From assembly GCA_000175855.1 (NCBI GenBank), contig ACYB01000046.1, positions 180,001 through 212,000 of the forward strand: a stretch of DNA of 32,000 nucleotides, written 5' to 3'. A program made the translations under genes and the position numbers. This DNA comes from Raphidiopsis brookii D9 (GTDB taxonomy: Bacteria; Cyanobacteriota; Cyanobacteriia; Cyanobacteriales; Nostocaceae). How positions within the stretch are numbered: the first letter of the stretch is position 1; the number at the start of each line of letters is the position of its first letter. Positions 1 to 11,306 of this stretch are shown one piece after another. The notes beneath the pieces are model-generated. The model was given only the letters and a program-made list of their open reading frames with translations. It ran no database searches and was not told where the DNA came from.

Positions 1-1
1 T

Positions 2-502
2 AATGGTAATCTGCTGATGGCTTATGTCCATGTGGGTCACAATTGCATAATTGAAGACTCAGTTATTATTGCTAACTCGGTAGCTTTGGCTGGTCATGTA
101 CATATTGAGTCCCGAGCTAGACTCAGTGGGGTTTTGGGTGTTCACCAATTTGTCCACATTGGTGGTATGTCCATGATTGGGGGGATGACACGTATTGATC
201 GGGATGTTCCTCCCTATATGTTAGTTGAAGGAAATCCATCCCGCATCCGATCACTCAATTTGGTAGGACTAAAGCGCTCAGGAATGCCGATAAATGAGTT
301 TCAACTACTGAAAAAGGCTTTTCGTATTCTCTATTGCTCTAATGTGTTGTTTAAGGATGCTTTATCTGAGTTGGAACTATTAGGGGATACATCACAGCTA
401 AAACATTTACGTCGGTTCTTGCTACTTTCACAAATGCCAGGAAGAAGGGGGTTGATTCCGGGGAAAAGTCCCACCAAAGGTAGTGACAATAATGAGTTGT
501 GA
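2..502 (+). CDS. lpxA: Acyl-[ACP]--UDP-N-acetylglucosamine O-acyltransferase (LpxA), 3' part; 5' end lies outside the window
   Basis: Open frame continues upstream of the listed start (NGNLLMAYVHVGHNC...), with left-handed beta-helix hexapeptide repeats and the LpxA-like HQFVHIG...RIDRDVPPYMLVEGNPSR segment. It is followed directly by lpxB. Confidence 0.93.
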   Translation, partial: NGNLLMAYVHVGHNCIIEDSVIIANSVALAGHVHIESRARLSGVLGVHQFVHIGGMSMIGGMTRIDRDVPPYMLVEGNPSRIRSLNLVGLKRSGMPINEFQLLKKAFRILYCSNVLFKDALSELELLGDTSQLKHLRRFLLLSQMPGRRGLIPGKSPTKGSDNNEL

Positions 503-660
503 TTGGCTAGTTAGCTAGTCTTGACAAATTATGAATGATGAGTTTACTTATATTTATAAACTAGTACATTAAGTATACTAAACTAATATAATAAGTACTC
601 ATCATTTGGCTGAAATGCTAGAGCGCCTATAATGTCTAACTCATTTAAAATCTAAAGTTC

Positions 661-1816
661 ATGCGAGTATTTATCAGTACTGGGGAAGTTTCGGGAGATT
701 TACAGGGTGCGATGTTAATCACAGCACTGAAAAATCAAGCTGCTACTTTGGGCTTGCCATTAGAGATAGTAGCACTAGGTGGATCCCAAATGGCTAAAGC
801 TGGAGCAAGAGTTTTGGGGGATACTAGTGGTATTGGTTCCATGGGAATTGTGGAAGCATTGCCATATATCATACCAACTATTATGATGCAAAGACAGGCG
901 ATCGCCTATTTAAAAAAAAATCCCCCGGATATCATAGTGTTAATTGACTACATGACCCCTAATATGGGGATTGGTAGTTATATGCAGCAGCATTTTCCCC
1001 AGGTTCCTGTAGTATATTACATTGCTCCTCAAGAATGGGTATGGTCAATGAGTTTAGACAGAACTAGGAAAATAGTCAATTTTACTGATAAGTTATTAGC
1101 AATTTTTCCGGAAGAAGCCCGTTATTATCAAGCGAAGGGAGCTAATGTTAATTGGGTGGGTCATCCTTTAGTGGATAAAATGGTCAACACACCTAGTCGT
1201 GAAAGTGCCAGAAAGATATTAGGCATTCAGGAGCAAGAATTGGCGATCGCCCTTTTACCCGCTTCCCGTCATCAAGAGTTGAAATATTTACTACCTGGGA
1301 TTTTCCAAGCGGCAAAAAATATACAATCACAGTTACCAAAAGCAAATTTTCTGATTCCCTTATCTTTAGAAAGATTTCGGGGAAAAGTTACCAGAGCGAT
1401 TAAGGATTATGGATTAAAAGCCAGAATATTTTCTGTAAACCAGCAGGAAATTTTTGCTGCTGCTGATCTGGCAATTACAAAATCTGGCACAGCCAATTTA
1501 GAGTTAGCTCTAGCGAATGTTCCTCAAGTAGTTGTTTATAGTCTGAGTCCCTTTACTGCTTGGGTTGGTAGAAAGATTCTGAAAGGATCAATTCCTTTTG
1601 CTTCCCCCGTAAATTTAGTTCTCATGCGAGAAATTGTGCCAGAGCTATTACAGGAAAAAGCAACAGCAGATAATATTACTAAAGCAGCAATGGAATTATT
1701 ATTAAACAGGGAAAAAAGAACAAAAAACTCTATTGGATTATCAAGAGATGCGTCAGTGTTTGGGAGAAGTAGGAGTTTGCGATCGCGCAGCTAAAGAGAT
1801 TTTAGCGATGATATAA
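661..1816 (+). CDS. lpxB: Lipid-A-disaccharide synthase (LpxB), with an apparent +1 frameshift at the A-run 1722-1727; the listed ORF stops at 1794, the corrected frame ends at 1816
   Basis: MRVFISTGEVSGDLQGA... and YYIAPQEWVW...VGHPLVDK motifs. Removing one A restores RTKTLLDYQEMRQCLGEVGVCDRAAKEILAMI*, giving 384 aa. Confidence 0.93.
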
Positions 1817-1878
1817 ATTGATTGGCTTGTGACCTATAAATAATAATCATTGACAACAGAAGTTGCCAGAATTTACAC

Positions 1879-2436
1879 TTAATCATTGCTAATAATTACT
1901 GAGTTTTCCCCATCGTTCCTACTACTCTTACCGAGAAGTATTTTAAATAGTTGACTAATATGTTTGACACCGCTGAGAATAACTAAAGTTAATACTCCAC
2001 CAATTAATCCCATTTGCCACAAACCACAACCAACAGCTGCTCCTAATCCTGCTGCTGTCCAGACACAAGCTGCTGTGGTTAGTCCTCTAACTTTTGGCTG
2101 CACAGACTTTCTCGGAGATTCTTGCAAAATTAATCCCGCCCCCAAAAACCCAACACCAGTGGCCACACCCTGAACTGTACGACTTAGCGCATTAGCAGTT
2201 GCATAGGGACTGTCACCCTCAGCTTGCAAAGGAATCATTACAAATAATGCTGCCCCCATACTTACCAACATAAATGTTCTCATTCCTGCTGGTCTCCCTC
2301 CCTGCTGACGATTAAACCCTATCATACAACCAATAATCAGAGCTAAAATGAGTCTGAACGCTATGTGCACCCAATCGCTTGTAGTTAGTACCATATTTAC
2401 CATTACTGGATTCCTCAATTTTGAAATCTGGAACAT
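1879..2436 (-). CDS. MgtC/SapB family membrane protein
   Basis: 185 aa, multiple hydrophobic segments, RLILALIIGCMIGFNRQQGGRPAGMRTFMLVSMGAALF and GVGFLGAGLI motifs typical of the MgtC family. Confidence 0.88.
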   Translation of the reverse strand: MFQISKLRNPVMVNMVLTTSDWVHIAFRLILALIIGCMIGFNRQQGGRPAGMRTFMLVSMGAALFVMIPLQAEGDSPYATANALSRTVQGVATGVGFLGAGLILQESPRKSVQPKVRGLTTAACVWTAAGLGAAVGCGLWQMGLIGGVLTLVILSGVKHISQLFKILLGKSSRNDGENSVIISND

Positions 2437-2705
2437 GGTGTTTTATCGATCTGCCTACATACTTGTATAAACAAGCACTATACCGTAATTGTCGTAACTA
2501 CGGTAAATCGGTAGATTTGCTAAACATTAAGGTTAGTTTAACAAACGATTAAAAATAAGTAAAGTTAATTTATCTAAAAAATGTCGGGATGAAACCTAGA
2601 CCAAGATCAAACACTTCACAATCTAGACTTTGTAGGTTAAGTAGTCAAACCGCAGATTTTTAGTATAGAAAAATATTCCAATTACCAAAAATCTACGTAT
2701 TTTTA

Positions 2706-3939
2706 TCATTCAGCTGCAACTCTTACAGCTGGATAGGGAAAGAAATTCTTAAATCCTTGTATGCGTTGTTCCAAAGTTTCAGGAGAGCGGTTCCACATAG
2801 TTTCATAATAAAAGAAAACTATACCTAACTCTTCTCTTTGCACAGTTCGAACCTGTTTAGTAATTTGTTGCATAGGAACAGGACTAGTTCTCAAACCGGC
2901 CATAATGCCAATTCCGGTAGGAATAATTTGGCGCACTTCTTGTATTTCATTCCGGGCAATTTTAGAAGTAAAACTTTCCAAATCATCCCGATAAACTTGC
3001 ATAACCAACTCATCTACAATATTGAGCCTCACCCAATTTAACCAGTCTTGTAACTGAAATTTATAGGCATGGTCGTAGTAATTTGGCGAAACAGAAAAGA
3101 TGACTTTTGGTTTTAATTTGCTTGACAGTATGGTTCAACCGCACCATGAATTCCGTGATTTTATTGGCCCGCCATGCTACCCATTCTGAATCTTGAGAAT
3201 TGGCTGGGGGATTTTTACCCGTTTCTTGCTTATACAAGTTTACGGTATAATCATCATAGCCAAATTGATGGGGTAAACTGGTGTGGTCATCAAACTGAAT
3301 ACCATCAATATCATAATTGTTAGTCAGCTCCACCAGCAGATCAATAATAAATTTTTGCACCTGGGGATGAAAGGGATTTAACCAAGATACTTCACCAGCA
3401 GCACTCATAGACACTGTAGAACCATCTCGCATTTTAGTGAGCCACTCTGGCTTATTTAAGGCCAGCTCTCCAGTATTGGGGGTCATAAATCCAAATTCAA
3501 ACCAGGGGATTGCCAGCAGATTTTGACTATGGGCCTGATTAATAATATCTGCTAAAATATCATGACCATCGGATCCGCGAAATACAAAAGGTTGAATATC
3601 CAAGCTCTTAGCCACATTGCTGGGATACATAACATAACCTGAATTCCACACCACCGGGTAAATTGTATTAAAATTAAGCCGCCGCAATTTCGTTACAGCA
3701 TCTTTAACTTGGTCACGATCTTTGAAAACATTTAAATCGTTACTTGTTACCCAAACACCTCGAATTTCTTCGCGAGACATTTGAGCAGTTACACTTGGTA
3801 CTGAGTGTATGAGTACTACTGTCAGTAGGGAAATTAAGCATAGCCAAGGGGAAAATTGCTTCCAGATTTTTCCTGGCCAGTTGGTTCTGTCCTTTGGATG
3901 ATAATTGAACGAAAAAAGATGGAGTTTCATGTTTCTCAA
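2706..3939 (-). CDS. GHL10-type (PF02638-like) glycoside-hydrolase-like family 10 protein, split by an apparent frameshift near 3111-3114 (ORFs 3061-3939 and 2706-3032)
   Basis: REEIRGVWVTSNDLNVF..., IDGIQFDDHTSLP... in the N-terminal ORF; RLNIVDELVMQVYRDD... in the C-terminal ORF. Removing one T (A on the coding strand) joins them as KQIKPKVIFSVSPNYYDHAYKFQLQDWLNWVRLNIVDEL, 410 aa. An N-terminal hydrophobic/signal-like segment is present. Confidence 0.85.
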
Positions 3940-4125
3940 TGAATTATGGTGTATTCAGTTTAAAATCAACCTAGCTACTAACATTAGTTACTACAGTCAT
4001 AGCCATCTATCCTAAGTATTATGGCTTTAGCCATAATAACTGCATTGACTCCCCCAGAAGTAACCCAGAAGCAAATTATTCCAAAAACAACCAATTTGAC
4101 CAGATTGCAGAACATCGATTCCAGG

Positions 4126-5619
4126 TCAAAAAACTGCATACTGAGTAGTGGCATTCTCTAGAATTAATTTGGAACGTTTCACCTGTTGAGGAATTGCTAC
4201 AGGATAATCACCCGTAAAACAAGCAGAACAGAACCCATTTGTATCTTCCCCAGTGGCGGCTAACATTCCTTCCCAACTCAAATAAGCGAGAGTATCCACC
4301 TCTAAATGTGCACCTATTTCACTCACTGATTTAGTTGCTGCGATGAGCTGATCCTGTGTATCCGTATCTATTCCATAGAAACAAGGGTGAGTCACCGGTG
4401 GAGAAGATATCCTCATGTGCACCTCCCTAGCACCTGCTTCCCGGAGTGCTTTTACTAGTTTGCGACTAGTAGTTCCCCTGACAATAGAATCATCAATTAT
4501 TACTACTCTTTTTCCCGATAACACATCCTTGAGGGGGTTCAACTTTACTTTTATTCCCGCCTCTCTCATACTCTGAGTAGGTTGAATAAATGTTCTACCA
4601 ACGTAACGATTTTTAATTAGTCCCTCGCCATATACTATACCTGATTTTTGGGAAAACCCTATAGCAGCAGGTATACCAGAATCGGGTACACCAAAGACTA
4701 TATCAGCATCTATGGGAGACTCCTGCGCTAAAGTTCTTCCCAGTCGCATTCTATAACTATACAACGTCTCATTGTGCATTAAACTATCTGGACGGGCAAA
4801 GTAGATCATTTCAAAGATACATAACTTGCGCTGGGGTTGGGGATTCCAAAATAAAGATGCTAAACCCGTTTCTGTAATCCAAACTAACTCTCCCGGTTCC
4901 ACATCCCTAACATATTCCGCACCAATAATATCTAAAGCACAGGTTTCTGAAGCCAAAACATACCGTATTGGCTGACTATCCAATTTACCAATCACTAGGG
5001 GACGAATGCCATGGGGATCTCTTGCTCCCATAATTCCATCCGGTGTTCCAATTACTAAACTAAATGCGCCCTGACATCGGTGGAATGCATGAGTTGCAGC
5101 TTCCAACCATCCTCCACCAGTATTTACCTCCTCAGCGATCGCATGGGCTATCATTTCTGAATCCGTACTTGTCACCAGGTGTAAGTTGGTTTTGAGCAAT
5201 TCTTCCCGTAATTGTATGGTATTCACCAAATTACCATTGTGAGCCAATGCCAGGGTTCCTAAACGAGTTTCCACCACTGCTGGTTGAGCATTCACCTTAC
5301 GACTAGAACCGGTGGTGGAGTAACGAGTATGACCAACTGCAATATTACCTGGTAACTCCTCTAAAATCGCCTCGCTAAATACCTGAGAAACCAAACCCAT
5401 ATCCTTATGTTGATGTACATAAGGTCCTTCAAATGTAGCAATACCAGCGGATTCTTGTCCTCTATGTTGCAGCGCATATAATCCAAAGTAGGTCATTTTT
5501 GCCACATCCTGTTCCGGGGCGTATATACCAAAAACACCACAGGCTTCTTCTGGTTTGTCACAGAGGTTTTTAGAACTGTTCATGGTTAGATCAAACGTGG
5601 TAGGATGCTGGGGAATCAT
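4126..5619 (-). CDS. purF: Amidophosphoribosyltransferase
   Basis: CGVFGIYAPE...GLYALQHRGQESAGIAT N-terminal glutaminase region and VVIIDDSIVRGTTSRKLVKALREAGA PRPP-binding motif. Confidence 0.97.
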   Translation of the reverse strand: MIPQHPTTFDLTMNSSKNLCDKPEEACGVFGIYAPEQDVAKMTYFGLYALQHRGQESAGIATFEGPYVHQHKDMGLVSQVFSEAILEELPGNIAVGHTRYSTTGSSRKVNAQPAVVETRLGTLALAHNGNLVNTIQLREELLKTNLHLVTSTDSEMIAHAIAEEVNTGGGWLEAATHAFHRCQGAFSLVIGTPDGIMGARDPHGIRPLVIGKLDSQPIRYVLASETCALDIIGAEYVRDVEPGELVWITETGLASLFWNPQPQRKLCIFEMIYFARPDSLMHNETLYSYRMRLGRTLAQESPIDADIVFGVPDSGIPAAIGFSQKSGIVYGEGLIKNRYVGRTFIQPTQSMREAGIKVKLNPLKDVLSGKRVVIIDDSIVRGTTSRKLVKALREAGAREVHMRISSPPVTHPCFYGIDTDTQDQLIAATKSVSEIGAHLEVDTLAYLSWEGMLAATGEDTNGFCSACFTGDYPVAIPQQVKRSKLILENATTQYAVF

Positions 5620-5821
5620 GCTGGTTTTTGCTCCTGGTGAGTCACTAAATACTAAAAAATACGGCTGGGTTAGAGAATGGTTAGGTGTCAGTAGTTATTG
5701 ATCTGGAAATAAATGTCGAACTTTTGCCATCCTTATTCTTAATTAAAACTTAACCATTCACTAACAGAGTATCGCAAATCGGTCAAGGATAAAAAGGATC
5801 AAAAAGAAATTGTTAGTTACT

Positions 5822-8164
5822 TCACTCACAAAAAGCCAGTCGCTGGGCGATCGCCTGATGATAAACATTGCCCATTTGAGGAATATCCATACGCATTACC
5901 TCATAGCCATCAAGGGTAGAAACAGTCAACCCGGAGGATAAATTGACAACCGAACCCAACTTTTGCCAATTATTACCTAGGTGTGCTTGTAAATAGGACT
6001 CCCAAACTTGTTGATAGGTTCCGGGTATGGAAACTAGGATTCGGGCACCACCTTCACCAAAAAGCACTTCATCAAAGCGACATTCTCCATTAGAAGAAAT
6101 ACCCAAATTAATGGATGCTCCTAAATTGCCACTCAAACAGCATTCTGCTAAGGCGACTACTAGACCACCTTCAGCACTATCATGGGCAGAACTAATCCAT
6201 TTGTGACTAATACCATAACGACAGACCTGTTGCACATCCCGTTCCAGGGCAAAATCAATTTTTGGCGGTTTACCAGCAACAGTATGATGAATGACTGCCA
6301 AGTATTCCGATCCACCCAACTCCAACTTCACGGAAACTGGTAAACCCAACAGATAAATTCCATCACCTACATTTTGCCAACCCTGACCACAGATTTTTTG
6401 TAAATCCTCAATCAAACCAACCATTCCCACTACCGGAGTAGGGTAAATCGCCTGGGGATTTCCCTGTGCATCAAAGGTCTCATTATACAAGGAAACATTA
6501 CCACCCGTTACAGGAGTACCCAACTCTTTACATCCCTCACTGATTCCTTTACAAGCATAAGCCAACTGCCAATAACCTATTTCCTTTTCTGGACTGCCAA
6601 AATTCAGGTTATCAGTCACTGCTAACGGTTGTGCACCCACACAACTAAGATTCCGCGCTGCTTCAGCCACTACTGCCTTAGCACCTTCATAAGGATCAAG
6701 ATACACATATCGCGAATTACAATCTACTGTAGCTGCTACTCCAGATTCCCAGGGAGTGACCGTAGATCCTGATAAGGGACGTAATCGCAGCACTGCTGCA
6801 TCCGCACCACCTGGTAACAATACAGTATTATTTTGGACTTGATGATCATATTGACGATATACCCAACTCTTAGAAGCAATAGTAGGCGTGTTGAGTAATT
6901 TCAAGAGAATATCTTGCCAACTTAAAAACTCTCCATGCACCTCAATTCCCCTGACATCGCAAGTTGGTAACTTGGCTGAAGTCCACTCCCAAGCCAGTTT
7001 TACATATTCTGGAGGTTCAGACAATAGTTTCCTTTCATACAAAGGAGTATTTTCAGCCAAAGCCTTTGCGGGAATTTCCGCTGCTACTTCCCCCTGAAAT
7101 AAAATTCTCACTACTGGCTCACTAATTACTTCCCCTGCAACTACTGCATGGAGTCCCCAACGCTGGAAAATATCAATTAACTCCTGCTCTCTTCCCTTAT
7201 GGGACACAAATAACATCCTTTCCTGAGATTCGGAAAGCAGGTACTCATAAGGTATCATTCCTAACTCTCGAGCCGGAACCTTATCTAAGTCAAACTGAAT
7301 ACCTACACCACCCTTAGCAGCCATTTCCGAAGTAGAGCAAGTAATCCCCGCAGCGCCCATATCCTGCGCAGCCACTACTGCTCCTGTCTTGAATGCTTCT
7401 AGGCATGCCTCAATTAAAGACTTTTCCAGAAATGGATCGCCCACCTGCACTGCGGGACGGTTATCCATGGACTCGTCAGTTAATTCAGCGCTGGCAAAAC
7501 TAGCACCACCCATACCATCTCTCCCAGTGGTAGAACCAACGTATAGAACCGGGTTCCCTATTCCTGCTGCCCCAGATTTAACTATGGTGGGTGTTTCCAT
7601 TAATCCCAAAGCCATAACATTAACTAGAGGATTTCCTGAATAGGCTGAATCAAAATAAACTTCACCGCCCACAGTGGGAACACCTACACAATTGCCATAA
7701 TGGGCTATACCCGACACTACACCCGTAAATAATCTTTGGGTTTTTGGATCCTCTAAACTGCCAAACCGGAGGGAATTTAATAGTCCAATGGGACGCGCCC
7801 CCATGGTAAATATATCCCTTAATATACCACCTACACCGGTAGCAGCACCTTGAAAAGGTTCCACAGCAGAGGGATGATTATGAGACTCTATCTTAAATGC
7901 TAATTGCAATCCCTGTCCTAAGTCTACCACACCAGCATTTTCACCAGGTCCCACCAGAATGCGTGGTCCGCTAGTGGGGAACTGTTTGAGCAACGGGCGG
8001 GAATTTTTATAGCAACAGTGTTCGGACCACATCACTCCAAACATTCCCAATTCAGCCTTATTGGGGTGACGACCTAGACGACGCACTATGTCAGCATATT
8101 CATCTGGTTTAATGCCTTGGGAGGCGATTTCTTGGGAAGAAAAGGGACTTTCTGCGGTACTCAT
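5822..8164 (-). CDS. purL: Phosphoribosylformylglycinamidine synthase subunit PurL
   Basis: 780 aa; [52 protein letters not shown] and [10 protein letters not shown] motifs; directly upstream of purF in the same orientation. Confidence 0.97.
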   Translation of the reverse strand: MSTAESPFSSQEIASQGIKPDEYADIVRRLGRHPNKAELGMFGVMWSEHCCYKNSRPLLKQFPTSGPRILVGPGENAGVVDLGQGLQLAFKIESHNHPSAVEPFQGAATGVGGILRDIFTMGARPIGLLNSLRFGSLEDPKTQRLFTGVVSGIAHYGNCVGVPTVGGEVYFDSAYSGNPLVNVMALGLMETPTIVKSGAAGIGNPVLYVGSTTGRDGMGGASFASAELTDESMDNRPAVQVGDPFLEKSLIEACLEAFKTGAVVAAQDMGAAGITCSTSEMAAKGGVGIQFDLDKVPARELGMIPYEYLLSESQERMLFVSHKGREQELIDIFQRWGLHAVVAGEVISEPVVRILFQGEVAAEIPAKALAENTPLYERKLLSEPPEYVKLAWEWTSAKLPTCDVRGIEVHGEFLSWQDILLKLLNTPTIASKSWVYRQYDHQVQNNTVLLPGGADAAVLRLRPLSGSTVTPWESGVAATVDCNSRYVYLDPYEGAKAVVAEAARNLSCVGAQPLAVTDNLNFGSPEKEIGYWQLAYACKGISEGCKELGTPVTGGNVSLYNETFDAQGNPQAIYPTPVVGMVGLIEDLQKICGQGWQNVGDGIYLLGLPVSVKLELGGSEYLAVIHHTVAGKPPKIDFALERDVQQVCRYGISHKWISSAHDSAEGGLVVALAECCLSGNLGASINLGISSNGECRFDEVLFGEGGARILVSIPGTYQQVWESYLQAHLGNNWQKLGSVVNLSSGLTVSTLDGYEVMRMDIPQMGNVYHQAIAQRLAFCE

Positions 8165-8255
8165 GTCTGTTTTACACCAAAGGTACAGATGTTTATTCTA
8201 TCGAAAAGTTGGGGTAAAACCAGTGTTTCTAGCACGGCTTTTTGAGAAAATCTGC

Positions 8256-8284
8256 TTGACATCTTGAGCAAGACAAGGTAGAAT
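8256..8284 (+). promoter_or_regulatory. Sigma70-type promoter for tRNA-Ala
   Basis: TTGACA at 8256-8261, 17-nt spacer, TAGAAT at 8279-8284; the mature tRNA starts at 8299. Confidence 0.72.
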
Positions 8285-8298
8285 CTAGAAATGGCTGA

Positions 8299-8371
8299 GG
8301 GGTTATAGCTCAATTGGTAGAGCGCTTCAATGGCATTGAAGAGGTCAGCGGTTCGATTCCGCTTAACTCCA
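8299..8371 (+). tRNA. tRNA-Ala (anticodon GGC)
   Basis: 73-nt cloverleaf read by hand: acceptor GGGGTTA/TAACTCC, D stem GCTC/GAGC, anticodon stem CTTCA/TGAAG with loop ATGGCAT, T stem AGCGG/CCGCT with loop TTCGATT, discriminator A. Confidence 0.95.
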
Positions 8372-8457
8372 CTAATAAAGACTAATAAATTAGAGATCTC
8401 CTCACAGGTTTGTGTTTTGATAGAATTAAATAGAGTTTTGTAAAGAAAATTGACAAA

Positions 8458-9072
8458 TTGACTACTACTTTTGCTCCGCCAACCAGTTGGCATCCTCTTC
8501 AACCGATTTGGCAAGGTGAGGAAGAGGAAATTCAAGGAGGACTACCACACACCCAATTGGCTCCCCCATGGCAGTTGTTATTATTGGGTGATGGTTCTCC
8601 CACTAAACACTTACAATTACTCACCTGTGAGCCAATAGAAGTGGATGTAATTGATATGTCATTTGTGGGCATGGATTTAGATCAGGCTCCCAATTTAATT
8701 GAAACCTTACCGGGTCCAAGATTACGACGACAGGTATGGCTAAAGACATCATCCGGTCAAAGATTGGGTTATGCTACATCTTGGTGGGAGGCCAGTCATG
8801 TGGATGAATTTTTGCAAAACCGCTCTCTACCAATTTGGGCAAGTTTAGCAAGAATTCGTACAGAATTGTATAGGGACATTCGGGGAATTTATTGCGGTTA
8901 CTCGGATGCGCTACAGTTAGGTTTTGGGCAACCAGGACCTTTTTGGGGTCGCCACTACTTGTTTTGGCATCACGGAAAACCTTTAACCTTAATCTATGAG
9001 GTTTTCTCGCCCTATCTAACTAAATACTTAGGTGAAACTGTAGTATCCACCCGCACTTTTGGATTTGAGTAG
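8458..9072 (+). CDS. Chorismate lyase (DUF98/Ycf21-like) family protein
   Basis: 204 aa; RRQVWLKTSSGQRLGYATSWW...LPIWASLARIRTELYRDIRGIYCG...FWGRHYLFWHHGKPLTLIYEVFSPYL resembles the cyanobacterial/plastid chorismate lyase-like family. Confidence 0.8.
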   Translation: MTTTFAPPTSWHPLQPIWQGEEEEIQGGLPHTQLAPPWQLLLLGDGSPTKHLQLLTCEPIEVDVIDMSFVGMDLDQAPNLIETLPGPRLRRQVWLKTSSGQRLGYATSWWEASHVDEFLQNRSLPIWASLARIRTELYRDIRGIYCGYSDALQLGFGQPGPFWGRHYLFWHHGKPLTLIYEVFSPYLTKYLGETVVSTRTFGFE

Positions 9073-9096
9073 GTTGTAGATACCGGAGAACTGTTT

Positions 9097-10141
<1,045 letters not shown>

Positions 10142-10145
10142 TTCT

Positions 10146-10167
10146 ATCAGGGGGAATCTCCCCTGAT
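10146..10167. terminator. Candidate stem-loop directly after the ccsB stop
   Basis: ATCAGGGG-GAATCT-CCCCTGAT: 8-bp perfect stem (10146-10153/10160-10167), 6-nt loop, starting 5 nt after the stop codon. No T-tract follows, so intrinsic termination is uncertain. Confidence 0.5.
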
Positions 10168-10233
10168 CCCCTATGTTAGATAGAATAAGTGGGCATAACC
10201 TAAAGTTACAAAATCGCTTTTGACTAAGACGAA

Positions 10234-11286
10234 ATGATGATAAGTCAATTAAATAATGGTTTTACTCTATTTCTAAGTCTGCTGGTCGAGGCAATGCCTT
10301 TTTTGCTTTTAGGTGTTTTATTTTCTAGCTTGTTGTTGTTTTTCGTTGAAGAGCGCAAACTTGTGAATATAATGCCTAAAAATCCCCTCCTGGGAGCTTT
10401 GTTTGGCAGCATGATTGGCTTTTTGTTTCCAGTTTGCGAGTGTGGTAATGTACCAGTGGCTAGAAGATTATTAATGCAGGGATTGCCTACGTCCGTTGCT
10501 ATTGGTTTTTTGCTAGCAGCACCAACTATTAACCCAATTGTGATTTGGGCAACGTGGACTGCATTTAGGGATCAACCAGAAATAGTAGTTTTAAGAGTGG
10601 TTTTATCTTTATTAATCGCTACTATTATCGGCTTTGTATTCAGCTTCCAAAAAGATATTACTCCTTACCTGCAACCCCAGATCGCCCGCTATTTGAAATT
10701 TAACCCCCCAGCACAGACAGAACCAAAAACCCGGGGAAGACAATTACAAGAACAGGTGATAACCCCCAGTACCCTTTTACAATCGGGAACCTATATCCTC
10801 GGTGGTAAAGCAGGTATATCCACCAGATTAAGTGGAAATTCTTCTCAAACAGTTGCAAAAACACCGAATAAAACTTTGATGGTGAAACTGGGTCTGGTTT
10901 TAGATAATGCTATCCAGGAACTCCGAGAATTGGGAGCTATAATGGTCTTAGGTAGTGCCATGGCAGCTGCTATTCAAGTATTAGCTCCCCGGGATGTGAT
11001 CCTCAGTTTGGGTGCGGGGCCAATTAGTTCAATTCTTACCATGTTGTTACTAGCTACAGTGGTATCAATTTGTTCCACAGTTGACTCCTTCTTTGCCCTC
11101 TCCTTCGCTTCAACTTTTACCAGTGGATCTTTGTTAGCCTTTCTTGTGTTCGGTCCAATGATTGACATTAAAGGTGTGGGGTTAATGTTATCTGTTTTCA
11201 AACCAAAAGCTCTCTTTTATTTATTTGCTTTAGCGGGCCAATTAACACTTCTATCTACACTGTTTTTAAATCTCCACATCATGTAG
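10234..11286 (+). CDS. UPF0718 (DUF318-like) family permease
   Basis: 350 aa polytopic protein; PFLLLGVLFSSLLL...GFLFPVCECGNVPVARRLL...GFLLAAPTINPIVI and C-terminal STVDSFFALSFA...FGPMIDIKG motifs. Confidence 0.87.
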   Translation: MMISQLNNGFTLFLSLLVEAMPFLLLGVLFSSLLLFFVEERKLVNIMPKNPLLGALFGSMIGFLFPVCECGNVPVARRLLMQGLPTSVAIGFLLAAPTINPIVIWATWTAFRDQPEIVVLRVVLSLLIATIIGFVFSFQKDITPYLQPQIARYLKFNPPAQTEPKTRGRQLQEQVITPSTLLQSGTYILGGKAGISTRLSGNSSQTVAKTPNKTLMVKLGLVLDNAIQELRELGAIMVLGSAMAAAIQVLAPRDVILSLGAGPISSILTMLLLATVVSICSTVDSFFALSFASTFTSGSLLAFLVFGPMIDIKGVGLMLSVFKPKALFYLFALAGQLTLLSTLFLNLHIM

Positions 11287-11306
11287 CTTCAATGCCGTGA
11301 CTTTAC

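Noticed and set aside
520-620. AT-rich partial palindromic stretch (AGTAC...AGTACT) between lpxA and lpxB
   Set aside because: Short arms in very AT-rich sequence with imperfect symmetry; not distinguishable from chance.
6888-7643. ORFs 6888-7097 and 7389-7643 on the plus strand inside purL
   Set aside because: Antisense shadows of a strongly coding conserved gene.
8161-8535. 124-aa minus-strand ORF
   Set aside because: Spans the antisense of the tRNA-Ala gene and its promoter, overlaps the start of the chorismate lyase gene, and looks non-proteinlike.
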